The notes: generated from the sequence alone by a model not told the origin. Positions 37,826 to 48,559 are shown, counted from the stretch's first letter. The stretch is 49,755 nucleotides of DNA from Candidatus Zixiibacteriota bacterium (GCA_043819555.1 JBDREQ010000014.1:1-49755), one strand, 5' to 3'. A program made the numbers and translations.

Positions 37826-39769
37826 ATGGATTTTTTTAGGATGTTTTCGGCAGTGGTTTTGGCCTTGATTTTAATTATCTGCGTGAGCCATTCAATGAGT
37901 TGGGGGCAAAAATTCGGAAAAATTGAGGCTTCAGAATGGGGAATTGGCGCACCGGCAGATTATCCTGAAGCAAACGCCATTATATTATTCAAAAACGGGA
38001 GATTAGGCGTCAGCTGGGATAAAATTGAGTTTGCGCCTCATATTCGCATAAAGTTACTTACCCAGGCTGGAATTGATGAACTGGACGAATTTGAGATATA
38101 TTTATTTGAAAACGATAAATTAAAAGATTTTGAAGCCCAGACCATTACGCCCGACGGTAAAAAACATAAGGTCGACAAAGAAGCAATTTTCGATAAAGAG
38201 GTAGGGAAAGATAAAATCAGAACTTTCACTTTTCCGGCGCTGGAACCGGGTTGTATTATTGAATATAAATTCAAAATTCGTAACGAGAATTATAGATTTT
38301 TGGAACCATGGTTTTTTCAGCACAATCTCTATGTCTTAAAATCTCATTTGGACGTGGAGTTATCGCAAGGATTCAGTTATAACATCACCTATTTTAATAT
38401 GCCGTTAGATAAGAGAGCTGGCCGGGAGAAGGAAATCCCAGACCCGACCAAACAAATGGGAACGGCTTTTTTGAAAATTTGCTCCTGGGATATGGAAAAC
38501 TTGCAGCCAATCAAAGATGAACCATATATGAGCGCGCGGAAAGACTATATGGCCGGGCTTGGATTCCGACTAGTCTCATTTACAAATAAACATGGATCGC
38601 AGTATTTTTATTCGACAACCTGGGGTGAAAGAGGCGATGATTTTAGAAAATATATATTCGATGATTATTGCAATCAGAATAAAGAGGTAAAACAAATCGC
38701 TACAGAAATTACATCTGGATTATCTATCCCACGGGAGAAGTCTAAAGCGATTTATGAGTATGTTGCCAGAGAATTTAAAACGTCGAATACATCTGGCTGG
38801 TTTACCAATGATAAGATGTCTGAATTAATCGAAAATAAATCAGGTTCAGGCGAAGAAAAAAACATACTAATCGCGGAATTGCACAAGGCCGTGGATTTAT
38901 CTTCCTGGCCGGTACTTATAAGTACTCGGAAAAACGGAAAATTCGATCCTGAAAATGTCAATACCAGCCAGTTCAACTATATCATTACCTTTGCCGAATT
39001 TGAAGATGGTTGGGAATTTATGGATGCATCCAGCAAGTATATTCCTTATGGAATACTGCCTTCCAATTGCCTGACCAATGGCGGCTTGCTTCTGGATGGA
39101 AAAAACAGTACTCCAGTCAAAATGATAATTCAGCCGTTTGATTCGTATCGGTTGGATCTGGTGAGAATGTATATCGACTTGGATGGTTCGGTTGCGTGCA
39201 GTACTGAAACTAAATACAGCGGGTATTTCGCCGCCAGCTATGGACGGGAATTTGAAGAGAATTCTCAGGAGGATTTTCTTGAAGAAAATTATTTTGATCG
39301 TCTTGATATAGAATATGAATTGGGCAAGTGCTCTTTCGATCTTGATACATCGGGATTGTTTATCGGAGAAATTAGTTTTACGACCGAGGATTTGACCCGC
39401 AGTCTTGATAATAATCTATTGATATCGCCAGTGCGATTCGCGTTTCGCAACAATCCCTTTACGAGCGCTAAGGGGACATTCCCGGTAGATTTTGCATTCC
39501 CTCGGATATATCATAATTTGGTTGAAGTATTTTTGGTCGATTCAGTAAGTGAATATATCCTCCCCGAAAATATAATGGAAGAAATTGATGGGGCAGTTTT
39601 TGAACGCACGTCAATTATTACCGATTCAAGCGTTATCATCGGTTCAAAATTGACAATTCTTGAGCCATTGTTTAAACCTCATAAATATACACAACTGAGA
39701 AATTTATTCGATAAGGTTGCTTTGGCAAGCGAAGATCAACTAACGGCTGTGATTGATAAACCTGAATAG
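37826..39769 (+). CDS. DUF3857 + transglutaminase-like protein, lacking catalytic Cys
   Basis: KFGKI...YPEANAIIL, FTFPALEPGCIIEYK; GSGEEKN and FNY in place of GDCKD and FNH. Start is uncertain (37787, 37820 or 37826). Confidence 0.82.
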   Translation: MDFFRMFSAVVLALILIICVSHSMSWGQKFGKIEASEWGIGAPADYPEANAIILFKNGRLGVSWDKIEFAPHIRIKLLTQAGIDELDEFEIYLFENDKLKDFEAQTITPDGKKHKVDKEAIFDKEVGKDKIRTFTFPALEPGCIIEYKFKIRNENYRFLEPWFFQHNLYVLKSHLDVELSQGFSYNITYFNMPLDKRAGREKEIPDPTKQMGTAFLKICSWDMENLQPIKDEPYMSARKDYMAGLGFRLVSFTNKHGSQYFYSTTWGERGDDFRKYIFDDYCNQNKEVKQIATEITSGLSIPREKSKAIYEYVAREFKTSNTSGWFTNDKMSELIENKSGSGEEKNILIAELHKAVDLSSWPVLISTRKNGKFDPENVNTSQFNYIITFAEFEDGWEFMDASSKYIPYGILPSNCLTNGGLLLDGKNSTPVKMIIQPFDSYRLDLVRMYIDLDGSVACSTETKYSGYFAASYGREFEENSQEDFLEENYFDRLDIEYELGKCSFDLDTSGLFIGEISFTTEDLTRSLDNNLLISPVRFAFRNNPFTSAKGTFPVDFAFPRIYHNLVEVFLVDSVSEYILPENIMEEIDGAVFERTSIITDSSVIIGSKLTILEPLFKPHKYTQLRNLFDKVALASEDQLTAVIDKPE

Positions 39770-39806
39770 CACTTCTATGGATAATTGATTGGGAAAGGGG
39801 CTGAAT

Positions 39807-41702
39807 ATGGCCGCGGGAAATAAATTAAAAATGCGAATTGTACTTCTGTTAGTATTCTCCGTCAAATTAGTCGGTATTATTAATGCCGACGACACTCAGA
39901 AGGAACTATCCGAGTATGGCGCCTATTATGAACACAAAATTTATGATTGTGCAGTGTCGGAAACGGGGTTTACTGAAATTGGAAATGTCAGAATCACGAT
40001 TATAAATCCCAGAGGAGAAGAAAAATCAAATATCAGGCTATCTGAGAATAAATATGAAGAATTAAAGAGCGTCAAAATTATAATATATGACAAAGATGGA
40101 AAAGAAATCCTTAAGAAAAACAAAAAGGATATGATAAAGTATTGCGGATTTGGAGGGAATGCAGTCTATAACGATATATGCGTTTTTGACTATGACGTTG
40201 ATGTTCCCGGATACCCATATACAATCGAATATGAATATGAAATAAAATCATCTTCTTTGTTTTTTCTTCGAGGCAAGACTTATCAGCATAGAATTCCCGT
40301 AAATTACTTCAAATATGCTATCTCGATTCCGGGCAATGGAGTTATTAGGTATAAAACATATGGATCTGAGCTTGAACCAATTCCCGGTCAGGACGAGAGC
40401 GGAATGTTCGCATACATCTGGGAAAAAAAGGACATTTCTGCTTATGATGACATTGATTATGTCCCGGCGGGCTATGGTCCGGGCGGGCGGATTGTCATAA
40501 CACCGAATAGATTCAAGCTGGAAAAATATGAATATAACGGTGATGACTGGCGGAGTATTGGCAGCTGGTATGCGAATTTATCCCGGGATAAATATTCCAA
40601 AAAAGAAAGTGAATTCAGAAGGCCGGTACAAACCGTAACAATAGAAACGATAAAACAAATTTATGACGAAATCACTGGCGATATTCGTTATGTATCAATC
40701 AGCACTGGAATCGGCGGCTGGCAACCGCATGATGCCGTTTTAACCGAGAAGAACGCCTACGGCGACTGCAAAGATATGTCAACCCTCTTAATTTCCCGTT
40801 TGCGAGAGAAAGATATTGAGGCGTATCCAGCTCTGGTACTAACACGAGATGATGGTGTCACCGATGTTGATTTTCCCAATTTTGGGTTCAATCATGTAAT
40901 CACGGTTGCTATTGTGGGAAATGATACTCTCTGGATGGACCCGACCTGCCGCTTATGTCCGTTTGGAGAATTGCCTTATCAGGATGAAGATATAAATGTT
41001 TTGGTTGTGACCAATGATGGCGGAGAGTTATGGAGAACGCCTGCGAGTCTTGCCGAAAATAATAAGACATTGCGCACGACACGAATCAATATCGAAATAG
41101 ATTTGAGCGCAACATTATCTACAAATATATCGAGTGTTGGTTCTTCCGCCCGCTATGTCCGCGATTATATTTTGAGCGCTGACGCCGATGAAACGCGCCG
41201 ATATATCCAGAATATGTTTCCCGGCGGGGAAAAGAAATTCAGGGTCAAGAATTTTGAATTTAAAAATCTTGAAGATATATCAAAACCGCTTGAAATTATC
41301 ATAGAAGCCCGCACGGCAAAAAAACTGGATAAGATTGGTAAAAATATCTACTGCCCGGCATTGATATTTAGTCGGTTAATCGATTATGAAAAGGTTGATT
41401 TGAAAGACCGCAAATATCCGATTAATTTATTTTATCCCGCTATAGCAGAGGATTCTATTTTTATCATTTGGGAAAATATATTTGATGTAGAGTCAATTTC
41501 CGCACCTCTGGCCGATAGCGTATCATTTCCATTTGGGGGATTCCGAATGAGTTCGGTGTCAGACGATTATCAGATATTGGTCAATTTTGAAAAGACCCGC
41601 GATGCTTATATGATTATGCCCGATGAGTTTGAAAACTTTTCCATATACCATGATAAATTGAAAGACATTTACGAACAATATGTTAAATTGCAATTGAAAT
41701 AG
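39807..41702 (+). CDS. DUF3857 + transglutaminase-like protein with intact Cys-His-Asp triad
   Basis: IRYVSISTGIGGWQPH, YGDCKDMS, FNHVI, WMDPT. Start is uncertain. Confidence 0.88.
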   Translation: MAAGNKLKMRIVLLLVFSVKLVGIINADDTQKELSEYGAYYEHKIYDCAVSETGFTEIGNVRITIINPRGEEKSNIRLSENKYEELKSVKIIIYDKDGKEILKKNKKDMIKYCGFGGNAVYNDICVFDYDVDVPGYPYTIEYEYEIKSSSLFFLRGKTYQHRIPVNYFKYAISIPGNGVIRYKTYGSELEPIPGQDESGMFAYIWEKKDISAYDDIDYVPAGYGPGGRIVITPNRFKLEKYEYNGDDWRSIGSWYANLSRDKYSKKESEFRRPVQTVTIETIKQIYDEITGDIRYVSISTGIGGWQPHDAVLTEKNAYGDCKDMSTLLISRLREKDIEAYPALVLTRDDGVTDVDFPNFGFNHVITVAIVGNDTLWMDPTCRLCPFGELPYQDEDINVLVVTNDGGELWRTPASLAENNKTLRTTRINIEIDLSATLSTNISSVGSSARYVRDYILSADADETRRYIQNMFPGGEKKFRVKNFEFKNLEDISKPLEIIIEARTAKKLDKIGKNIYCPALIFSRLIDYEKVDLKDRKYPINLFYPAIAEDSIFIIWENIFDVESISAPLADSVSFPFGGFRMSSVSDDYQILVNFEKTRDAYMIMPDEFENFSIYHDKLKDIYEQYVKLQLK

Positions 41703-41761
41703 ATGCGTATAATGATTTAATGGGCTACTATGAATACGTTTTTTGAGGAATTGATACGGAT

Positions 41762-42580
41762 TTGAAGAAATATAGGATAATATCGTGGAATATTAATGGC
41801 ATTCGGGCGGTTCATCGCAAAAATGCCCTTGATTGGTTTTTGGACGAGCAGCCTGATATTTTATGTCTTCAGGAAACCAAGGCGCAGGAAGAACAAGTTC
41901 CGGAGCGATTACGATTTATAAATGGTTATTATACTTATTTTGAATCGGCCGAGCGCAAAGGATATAGCGGCGTCGGTTTGTATTCGAAAGAAAAACCAAA
42001 GAAAATCAAAACTAAATTCGGAGTAGAGGCATTTGATCGTGAAGGAAGAATTATCTCGGCGGATTTTGGTAAATTTATTCTTTTCAACGTCTATTTTCCC
42101 AATGGAAAAGCGTCAAAAGAACGGCTTAAGTACAAGCTTGATTTTTATGAGACATTTCTGGAGCATGTCAATTTGTTAAAGGAAAAAGGGAAAAAAATAA
42201 TTATCTGCGGTGATGTAAATACAGCTCATAAAGAAATCGATTTGGCTCGTCCCAAAGAAAATGAGAAGGTCTCCGGTTTTTTGCCGATCGAGCGCGCCTG
42301 GATAGATAAGTTGTTGGACAACGAATATATCGATACTCTCCGGCAATTTGATGACCGGCCGGGATTGTACACATGGTGGGATTATAAAACCGGCGCCCGG
42401 GACCGGAATGTAGGATGGAGAATTGATTACTTTTTTGTTAGCGCAAATTTGAAGACAAATCTCCAATCGGCCTTTATCCTGCCAAACATATCGGGATCGG
42501 ATCATTGTCCATTAGGCGTTGAAATAAAAATCTACTTCAGCCTAATATTACCGTTTGCAAAATCAAATTTATGCTTATAA
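41762..42580 (+). CDS. xth: Exodeoxyribonuclease III / AP endonuclease
   Basis: [46 protein letters not shown]. Confidence 0.96.
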   Translation: MKKYRIISWNINGIRAVHRKNALDWFLDEQPDILCLQETKAQEEQVPERLRFINGYYTYFESAERKGYSGVGLYSKEKPKKIKTKFGVEAFDREGRIISADFGKFILFNVYFPNGKASKERLKYKLDFYETFLEHVNLLKEKGKKIIICGDVNTAHKEIDLARPKENEKVSGFLPIERAWIDKLLDNEYIDTLRQFDDRPGLYTWWDYKTGARDRNVGWRIDYFFVSANLKTNLQSAFILPNISGSDHCPLGVEIKIYFSLILPFAKSNLCL

Positions 42581-42629
42581 TTAGAGGTTGACTAATACGG
42601 ATAACGTCAAAATCATTGAGTAAATAAAT

Positions 42630-43367
42630 ATGATTTTCAGGAAAGATCCATTCGGACATTATTTGATTCTTAAGCGGTTAGTCTTGCGAACTTTCGGTTC
42701 GATTACTTATCTGATGCTGCGGTCTTTCAACAAATTACGCGTTGAAGGCGAGGGGATTCTGAAAAATCTGGATAAGCGCGGTGTATTAATCGTATCTAAC
42801 CATCAGACTTATTTTGCCGATGTTGCTGGAATTTATAATGTTATCTGCAGTCAGCGTTCCTTGTTCTCAAATGGAATTAAAAATCCGTTGTATTTTCTCG
42901 CTCCCATGCTCAATTGTTATTTTATAGCCGCCGAAGAAACTATGAAGTCAGGATGGCTTCCGAAAATCATCTCATATGCCGGTTCGATATCGATCCGCCG
43001 AACGTGGCGCGATAAAGACAAAGATGTCAAACGACAAGTTCGGTTTGCTGATATTACCAATATCGGAATAGCCCTTAAAGATGGCTGGGTCATCAATTTC
43101 CCTCAGGGGACAACCAAACCCAATGCTCCGGGCCGAAGAGGAGTGACTTATATTATTAAGAAATACAATCCGGTGGTAGTGCCCATTGTAATCGATGGTT
43201 TTCAAAATGCTTTCAATCGAAAGAAACTTAAATTAAAAAAACTGGGAAGCATTATAACAATAAAAATCAAGCCCCCCCTGGAGTTTAATAAGAATGAAAA
43301 TTCAGAAGAGATGCTGTCTAAAATCATGAGCGCAATTGAGCAAAACGGGACACTCGAAGGCGTATAA
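42630..43367 (+). CDS. Lysophospholipid / 1-acyl-sn-glycerol-3-phosphate acyltransferase family
   Basis: SNHQTYFAD, FPQGTT, VVPIVI. Confidence 0.9.
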   Translation: MIFRKDPFGHYLILKRLVLRTFGSITYLMLRSFNKLRVEGEGILKNLDKRGVLIVSNHQTYFADVAGIYNVICSQRSLFSNGIKNPLYFLAPMLNCYFIAAEETMKSGWLPKIISYAGSISIRRTWRDKDKDVKRQVRFADITNIGIALKDGWVINFPQGTTKPNAPGRRGVTYIIKKYNPVVVPIVIDGFQNAFNRKKLKLKKLGSIITIKIKPPLEFNKNENSEEMLSKIMSAIEQNGTLEGV

Positions 43368-44173
43368 TGAAGACAGGAATTATTTTTGATATCAAAAAAT
43401 TTGCAATTCATGATGGCCCGGGAATCAGGACAACCGTTTTTTTCAAAGGCTGCCCTCTCAATTGCCAGTGGTGTCATAATCCCGAAAGCCGCCGGAAAGA
43501 TATCGAGACTATTTTCGTTAAGGTAAGAAGCGGTTCGGTTGAAAATCGACAGAAAGAGAAAGAAGAACTCTTCGGACGGCGCGTGACAATTGAAGAAATT
43601 ATGGGTGAAATCTCAAAAGACAGAATCTTCTATGAACAATCCGGGGGAGGGGTGACTTTTTCGGGCGGCGAACCGATGATGCAGGTTGATTTTTTGCACC
43701 GGCTTTTAAAAGTCTGCAAAAATGAAGATTATCATACGGTCATTGATACATCTGGGTACGCTCCTTCCAAAGATTTTGAGAAAATTCATTGTCTGACTGA
43801 TATATTTTTATTTGATATTAAAATGATTGATGGAAAAGAGCATAAGAAATATGTAGGTGTGCCGAATCGGCTAATTTTTGAAAACCTCAGGCTATTATTA
43901 AAATGGGGTAATGTTGTCATTCCCAGGATTCCTTTAATCCCGGGCATAACATCGACTAATTCAAATCTTGAAAATACCGCTGATTTTTTGGCGGGCTTAA
44001 AAACCATTCAAAATGTCTCTCTTTTGCCGTATAATAAATTGGCGGAAGACAAACGGCATAAATTCAGTATGGTACAACGACTTGGCAAGATGGATTCTCA
44101 GACAAAAGAGGAATTGAATCAGTATGCCGGAATTTTTGAAAAACGCGGATTTCAGATTTCCATCGGAGGATAA
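43367..44173 (+). CDS. Glycyl-radical enzyme activating enzyme (radical SAM)
   Basis: HDGPGIRTTVFFKGCPLNCQWCHNPES, GGVTFSGGEP, IDTSG, RIPLIPG; adjacent to the GRE gene. Confidence 0.95.
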   Translation: MKTGIIFDIKKFAIHDGPGIRTTVFFKGCPLNCQWCHNPESRRKDIETIFVKVRSGSVENRQKEKEELFGRRVTIEEIMGEISKDRIFYEQSGGGVTFSGGEPMMQVDFLHRLLKVCKNEDYHTVIDTSGYAPSKDFEKIHCLTDIFLFDIKMIDGKEHKKYVGVPNRLIFENLRLLLKWGNVVIPRIPLIPGITSTNSNLENTADFLAGLKTIQNVSLLPYNKLAEDKRHKFSMVQRLGKMDSQTKEELNQYAGIFEKRGFQISIGG

Positions 44174-44179
44174 CAGGTA

Positions 44180-46543
44180 ATGAACGAACGCATAGCCAGA
44201 TTGAGAAAAGAAAGTCTCGAAGCGGTTCCGACTATTTCATTGGAGCGGGCGCGATTATTGACCGAGTTTTATCAATCCGGGAAGGTTGAACAATTATCGA
44301 TACCCGTAGCTCGCGCGATGGCTTTTGATTATATCCTGAGCAATAAAGAAATCTGCGTTAACGATGGCGAGCTGATAGTCGGGGAGCGTGGTTCGGCGCC
44401 CAAAGCAACTCCGACCTATCCTGAAATATGCACTCATACAGTAAAAGATTTTGAAATCCTCGATACACGCGATAAAGTCTGGTTTCGGGCATCAGATGAA
44501 GTTAAGAATATCCAGGAAAATGAGATAATACCGTTCTGGTCGGGCAAATCCATCCGTTATAAAATATTTGAATCCGTCGATGAGGACTGGAAAAACGCGT
44601 ATGAGGCCGGTGTCTTTACGGAGTTTCAGGAACAACGCGCACCGGGGCATACCGTTCTGGATGATAAAATTTACAGAAAAGGATTTCTGGATTTTATAAA
44701 AGAAATCGAAACAAGTATTGAAGAACTTGATTCAGATAACGATCCTGAGGCCTCACATAAAAAAGAACAATTGACGGCGATGAAAATCGTATCTAAGGCA
44801 ATAATTGGTTTTGCTGAGCGTTATGCTGAAAAACTGGAGGATTTATCGTATTCGGAAGCGAATGAGAAGCGCAAAGCTGAACTTGTTGAAATGGCTCGGA
44901 TATGCCGGAAGGTTCCGGCCTGGAAACCGGATACACTCTGGGAGGCATTGCAGTATTACTGGTTTGTGCATTTAGGAGTTATCATTGAGCTTAATACCTG
45001 GGATTCGTTTAATCCCGGCCGGTTAGATCAGCATCTCTATCCGTTTTATAAAAAAGATATTGAATCGGGTCGCCTGACTGAAGATAAGACTCGCGAATTA
45101 CTTCAATCATTCTGGATAAAATTCAACAATCAACCGGCGCCTCCAAAAGTTGGCGTGACCGCTCAGGAAAGTAATACCTATACCGATTTTTGCCTGATAA
45201 ACCTGGGAGGCGTTACCAAAACCGGGGAAAATGCCGTCAATGATATGACGTATATACTTTTGGATACTATTGAAGAGATGCGCCTGCTTCAACCCGGCTC
45301 AATGGTTCAAATAAGCAAAAAAAATCCGGATAGACTTATTAGGCGAGCATTGAAAATAATCAAAAGCGGTTACGGCCAGCCATCGCTTTTTAATACTGAC
45401 GCGATAATTCCGGAAATGCTTCGGCAGGGCAAAGCGATTGAGGACGCCCGATGCGGGGGCGCCAGCGGATGCGTCGAAACCGGCGCCTTCGGAAAAGAAA
45501 GCTATATCCTCACTGGGTATTTTAACCTGACAAAAGTTTTGGAAGTCACACTGCACAATGGCGTTGATCCTTGTACGGGAAAGAAAATTGGAATCGAATC
45601 GGGTGATGTAGCGAAGTTTAAATCTTTTGATGATTTTTATAACGCTTTTGAAAAGCAGCTGAAACATTTCATCGATGTTAAAGTAAAGGGCAATCTTATA
45701 ATTGAAAAATTGTGGGCTGAGAGTTTGCCCGCGCCGTTTATATCGGTTCTTATCGACGATTGCATTGCCAATGGCAGGGATTACAATGACGGCGGGGCCA
45801 GATATAATACATCATATATCCAGGGCGTTGGCCTCGGTACAGTCACCGATTGTTTGTCGTCAATCAAATATCATATCTATGACCAAAACAATATTACGAT
45901 TCCTGAATTTACAGGAGTATTGAAAAATAATTTTGAGGGTTCCGAAATATTTCGCGACAAACTTCTAAATGAAACGCCAAAATACGGCAATGATGATGAG
46001 TATGCCGATGATATTATGCGGCGTGTATTCGAAAGTTATTTTGGCCTGATTGACGGGCGACCAAATTATAAGGGGGGCTATCATCGCATTAATTTGCTCC
46101 CAACGACCTGTCATGTATATTTCGGAAGCGTTGTTGGGGCGACTCCTGATGGCCGCAAAGCGGGCGTGCCTCTTTCCGAGGGAGTATCGCCGGTTCAGGG
46201 GGCCGACCGCCGAGGTCCGACGGCGGTTTTGAAATCAGCATCAAAGATTGATCATCTGCGTACCGGCGGGACGCTATTGAATCAAAAATTCACTCCGCAG
46301 ATATTTGAAAGCCGGGATGCCGTGGATAAGATCATGCATTTGATTCGTTCATATTTTAAGATGGACGGGCATCACATTCAGTTCAATGTCGTGAATGCGG
46401 AAACTCTCCGCAGGGCGCAAAAAGAACCGGAAAACTACAAGGACTTGATTGTCCGTGTGGCCGGATATAGTGATTATTTTGTGGACTTGGGAGAAGATTT
46501 ACAAAATGAAATAATCGGGCGCACCGAGCAGTGTGCTGTTTAA
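44180..46543 (+). CDS. hypD: trans-4-hydroxy-L-proline dehydratase (glycyl radical enzyme)
   Basis: HypD-type motifs TEFQEQRAPGHT, ELNTWDSF, KFNNQPAPPKVG, ESNTYTDF, SGCVETG, LTGY, LPTTCH; glycyl loop RVAGYS. Confidence 0.92.
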   Translation: MNERIARLRKESLEAVPTISLERARLLTEFYQSGKVEQLSIPVARAMAFDYILSNKEICVNDGELIVGERGSAPKATPTYPEICTHTVKDFEILDTRDKVWFRASDEVKNIQENEIIPFWSGKSIRYKIFESVDEDWKNAYEAGVFTEFQEQRAPGHTVLDDKIYRKGFLDFIKEIETSIEELDSDNDPEASHKKEQLTAMKIVSKAIIGFAERYAEKLEDLSYSEANEKRKAELVEMARICRKVPAWKPDTLWEALQYYWFVHLGVIIELNTWDSFNPGRLDQHLYPFYKKDIESGRLTEDKTRELLQSFWIKFNNQPAPPKVGVTAQESNTYTDFCLINLGGVTKTGENAVNDMTYILLDTIEEMRLLQPGSMVQISKKNPDRLIRRALKIIKSGYGQPSLFNTDAIIPEMLRQGKAIEDARCGGASGCVETGAFGKESYILTGYFNLTKVLEVTLHNGVDPCTGKKIGIESGDVAKFKSFDDFYNAFEKQLKHFIDVKVKGNLIIEKLWAESLPAPFISVLIDDCIANGRDYNDGGARYNTSYIQGVGLGTVTDCLSSIKYHIYDQNNITIPEFTGVLKNNFEGSEIFRDKLLNETPKYGNDDEYADDIMRRVFESYFGLIDGRPNYKGGYHRINLLPTTCHVYFGSVVGATPDGRKAGVPLSEGVSPVQGADRRGPTAVLKSASKIDHLRTGGTLLNQKFTPQIFESRDAVDKIMHLIRSYFKMDGHHIQFNVVNAETLRRAQKEPENYKDLIVRVAGYSDYFVDLGEDLQNEIIGRTEQCAV

Positions 46544-46573
46544 TATCCATTCTTTTAAATTCATTCGAGGGAG

Positions 46574-47335
46574 ATGTCCATGATTTCGCTTAAAGGAAAA
46601 ACGGCCTTGGTAACCGGGGGATCGCGCGGTATCGGCCGGGCCATTGTCATTATGTTTGCCCGGGCGGGATGCAATGTTGTTGTTAATTACCGGAATGATG
46701 AATCATCGGCCAGAGGCGTTTGCGATGAGGCGATGTCTCATGGCGTAAAGGCGATTTCCATCAAAGCCGAGGTGGGCGATAAGAAGCAAGCGGATGAAAT
46801 GGTTGCCGAGACCATTAAATCATTCGGGAAGTTTGATGTTTTGGTTAATAACGCTGGCATCTGGGAAGAAAATCCAATAGATACCATGACTGAAGAAAGT
46901 TTGCGGCGGACGATAGATACCAATCTTCTCGGATGTTTTTTCCCAACAATGGCAGTCGCAGTCCAGATGAAAAAGCAAAAATCAGGATCGATTATATTTA
47001 TCTCATCGACGGCGGGGCAGAGGGGCGAAGCATTTTATTCGCCGTATGCCGCCACCAAAAGCGCTCTAATTGGATTGACCAAATCACTGGCTCCGGAACT
47101 GGCCGAATATAATATTCGCGTCAACTGCGTTGCGCCCGGCTGGGTCGATACCGATATGACCAGGCCGACTATGAATTCACCTGAAGCCGAAAAAGTCCTG
47201 AATTCTATTCCGCTTCATCGAATTGGTACTCCCGAAGAGCTGGCTGGACCGATTCTATTTATCGCATCTGATATGGCCAGCTTTATTACCGGTGAAGTAT
47301 TGAATGTCAATGGCGGGGCCGTGTTATGCGGGTGA
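46574..47335 (+). CDS. SDR-family oxidoreductase (FabG-like)
   Basis: TGGSRGIG, NNAG, YAATK, VAPGWV, GEVLNVNGG. Confidence 0.92.
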   Translation: MSMISLKGKTALVTGGSRGIGRAIVIMFARAGCNVVVNYRNDESSARGVCDEAMSHGVKAISIKAEVGDKKQADEMVAETIKSFGKFDVLVNNAGIWEENPIDTMTEESLRRTIDTNLLGCFFPTMAVAVQMKKQKSGSIIFISSTAGQRGEAFYSPYAATKSALIGLTKSLAPELAEYNIRVNCVAPGWVDTDMTRPTMNSPEAEKVLNSIPLHRIGTPEELAGPILFIASDMASFITGEVLNVNGGAVLCG

Positions 47336-48559
47336 CTCTTCGGGAGTGATAACTTTTTTAATAGTCAATCCCTGAACTAAAATCGAAAAAACAACGACGA
47401 CATAAGTAATCGAAACAATCAAATCGCGTGATGCCCCGGCCGGAAGAGACAGAGCCAATGCGATGGATATTCCTCCGCGGAGTCCTCCCCAGGTCAAAAT
47501 CATGGTCGCGTTATGGGTAAACTGGCGCCGAAATTTTAATAATGATATCGTTGACCAAACGCTGATGAAGCGTGCCCCAAGAGTCAGCGGAATTGCGATA
47601 AGTCCAATCAACAGGAAATCGACTGTGAAAGAAAGAACCAGAACTTCAAGACCGATCCAGATAAAGAGGAGAGCATTGAGGATTTGGTCGATTAATTCCC
47701 AGAATTTATCCAAGTGATCACGAGTAGTTTCCGACATGGCCAATCTTCGCCCATAGTTGCCGATTAATAAACCGGCGACAACAATTGCGATCGGACCGGA
47801 GGTATGGAGTTGCGCCGCGAGGGCATAACCTCCGCAAACGAGAGCAAGCGTGATTAAAACTTCGACGGCGTAATCATCGACTTTGCTGAGCATCCGATAC
47901 GCCGCCAATCCGATTCCGAGTCCGAATATGATACCGCCAATTGCCTCCTCGACAAAAAGTAATATCGCATCGCCAAATGATGCCGATTCACCGGCGGCGA
48001 TTCCCACCAAAAGGGTAAAGACGACGACCCCGACACCATCGTTGAAAATCGACTCTCCGGCGATTTTTGTTTCCAGGGTCCTGGGAACGCTAATTGTCTT
48101 CAAAATCGAAAGTACCGCGACCGGATCGGTCGGGGCGATTAGGGCTCCGAAGACAAGGCAAATTATATAGGGATACGACAATCCAAACAATTGCAGAACA
48201 TAGTAAAGGGCAGTACCGACGATAATAGTCGTCAGGAGAACTCCGCCGGTAGCCAGGGCGCTGACGACAAATTTTTGTTTGGCGAGATCATTGATATTAA
48301 TCTTGATCGCGCCGGCGAAGAGTAAAAAGCTGAGCATGCCTTTCATAAGTGTCTCGCTGAAATCAACGCTCTTGATCAATTCTTCGGCGGGATGTAAAAT
48401 ATCGACGCCGATGATATCAAGGCCGATAATCCCCAGCGACATTACCAGTCCGATGACCATCAGGCCAATGGTCGAAGGTAATTTTATAAAACGATAATTG
48501 ATATAACTGGCCAGAGCCGCTATGGTGATGAAGACGGAAAATATAATAAAAATATTCAT
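47324..48559 (-). CDS. CPA1 Na+/H+ antiporter (NhaP-like)
   Basis: PTDPVAV, GESIFNDG, WGGLRG; many TM segments; 3' ends overlap the SDR gene by 12 nt. Confidence 0.93.
   Translation of the reverse strand: MNIFIIFSVFITIAALASYINYRFIKLPSTIGLMVIGLVMSLGIIGLDIIGVDILHPAEELIKSVDFSETLMKGMLSFLLFAGAIKININDLAKQKFVVSALATGGVLLTTIIVGTALYYVLQLFGLSYPYIICLVFGALIAPTDPVAVLSILKTISVPRTLETKIAGESIFNDGVGVVVFTLLVGIAAGESASFGDAILLFVEEAIGGIIFGLGIGLAAYRMLSKVDDYAVEVLITLALVCGGYALAAQLHTSGPIAIVVAGLLIGNYGRRLAMSETTRDHLDKFWELIDQILNALLFIWIGLEVLVLSFTVDFLLIGLIAIPLTLGARFISVWSTISLLKFRRQFTHNATMILTWGGLRGGISIALALSLPAGASRDLIVSITYVVVVFSILVQGLTIKKVITPEESPA

Noticed and set aside
44180..46543. Pyruvate formate-lyase or choline TMA-lyase
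   Set aside because: Single-Cys GCVE loop rather than the CC of PFL; the HypD-specific motifs are present, and there are no microcompartment genes.
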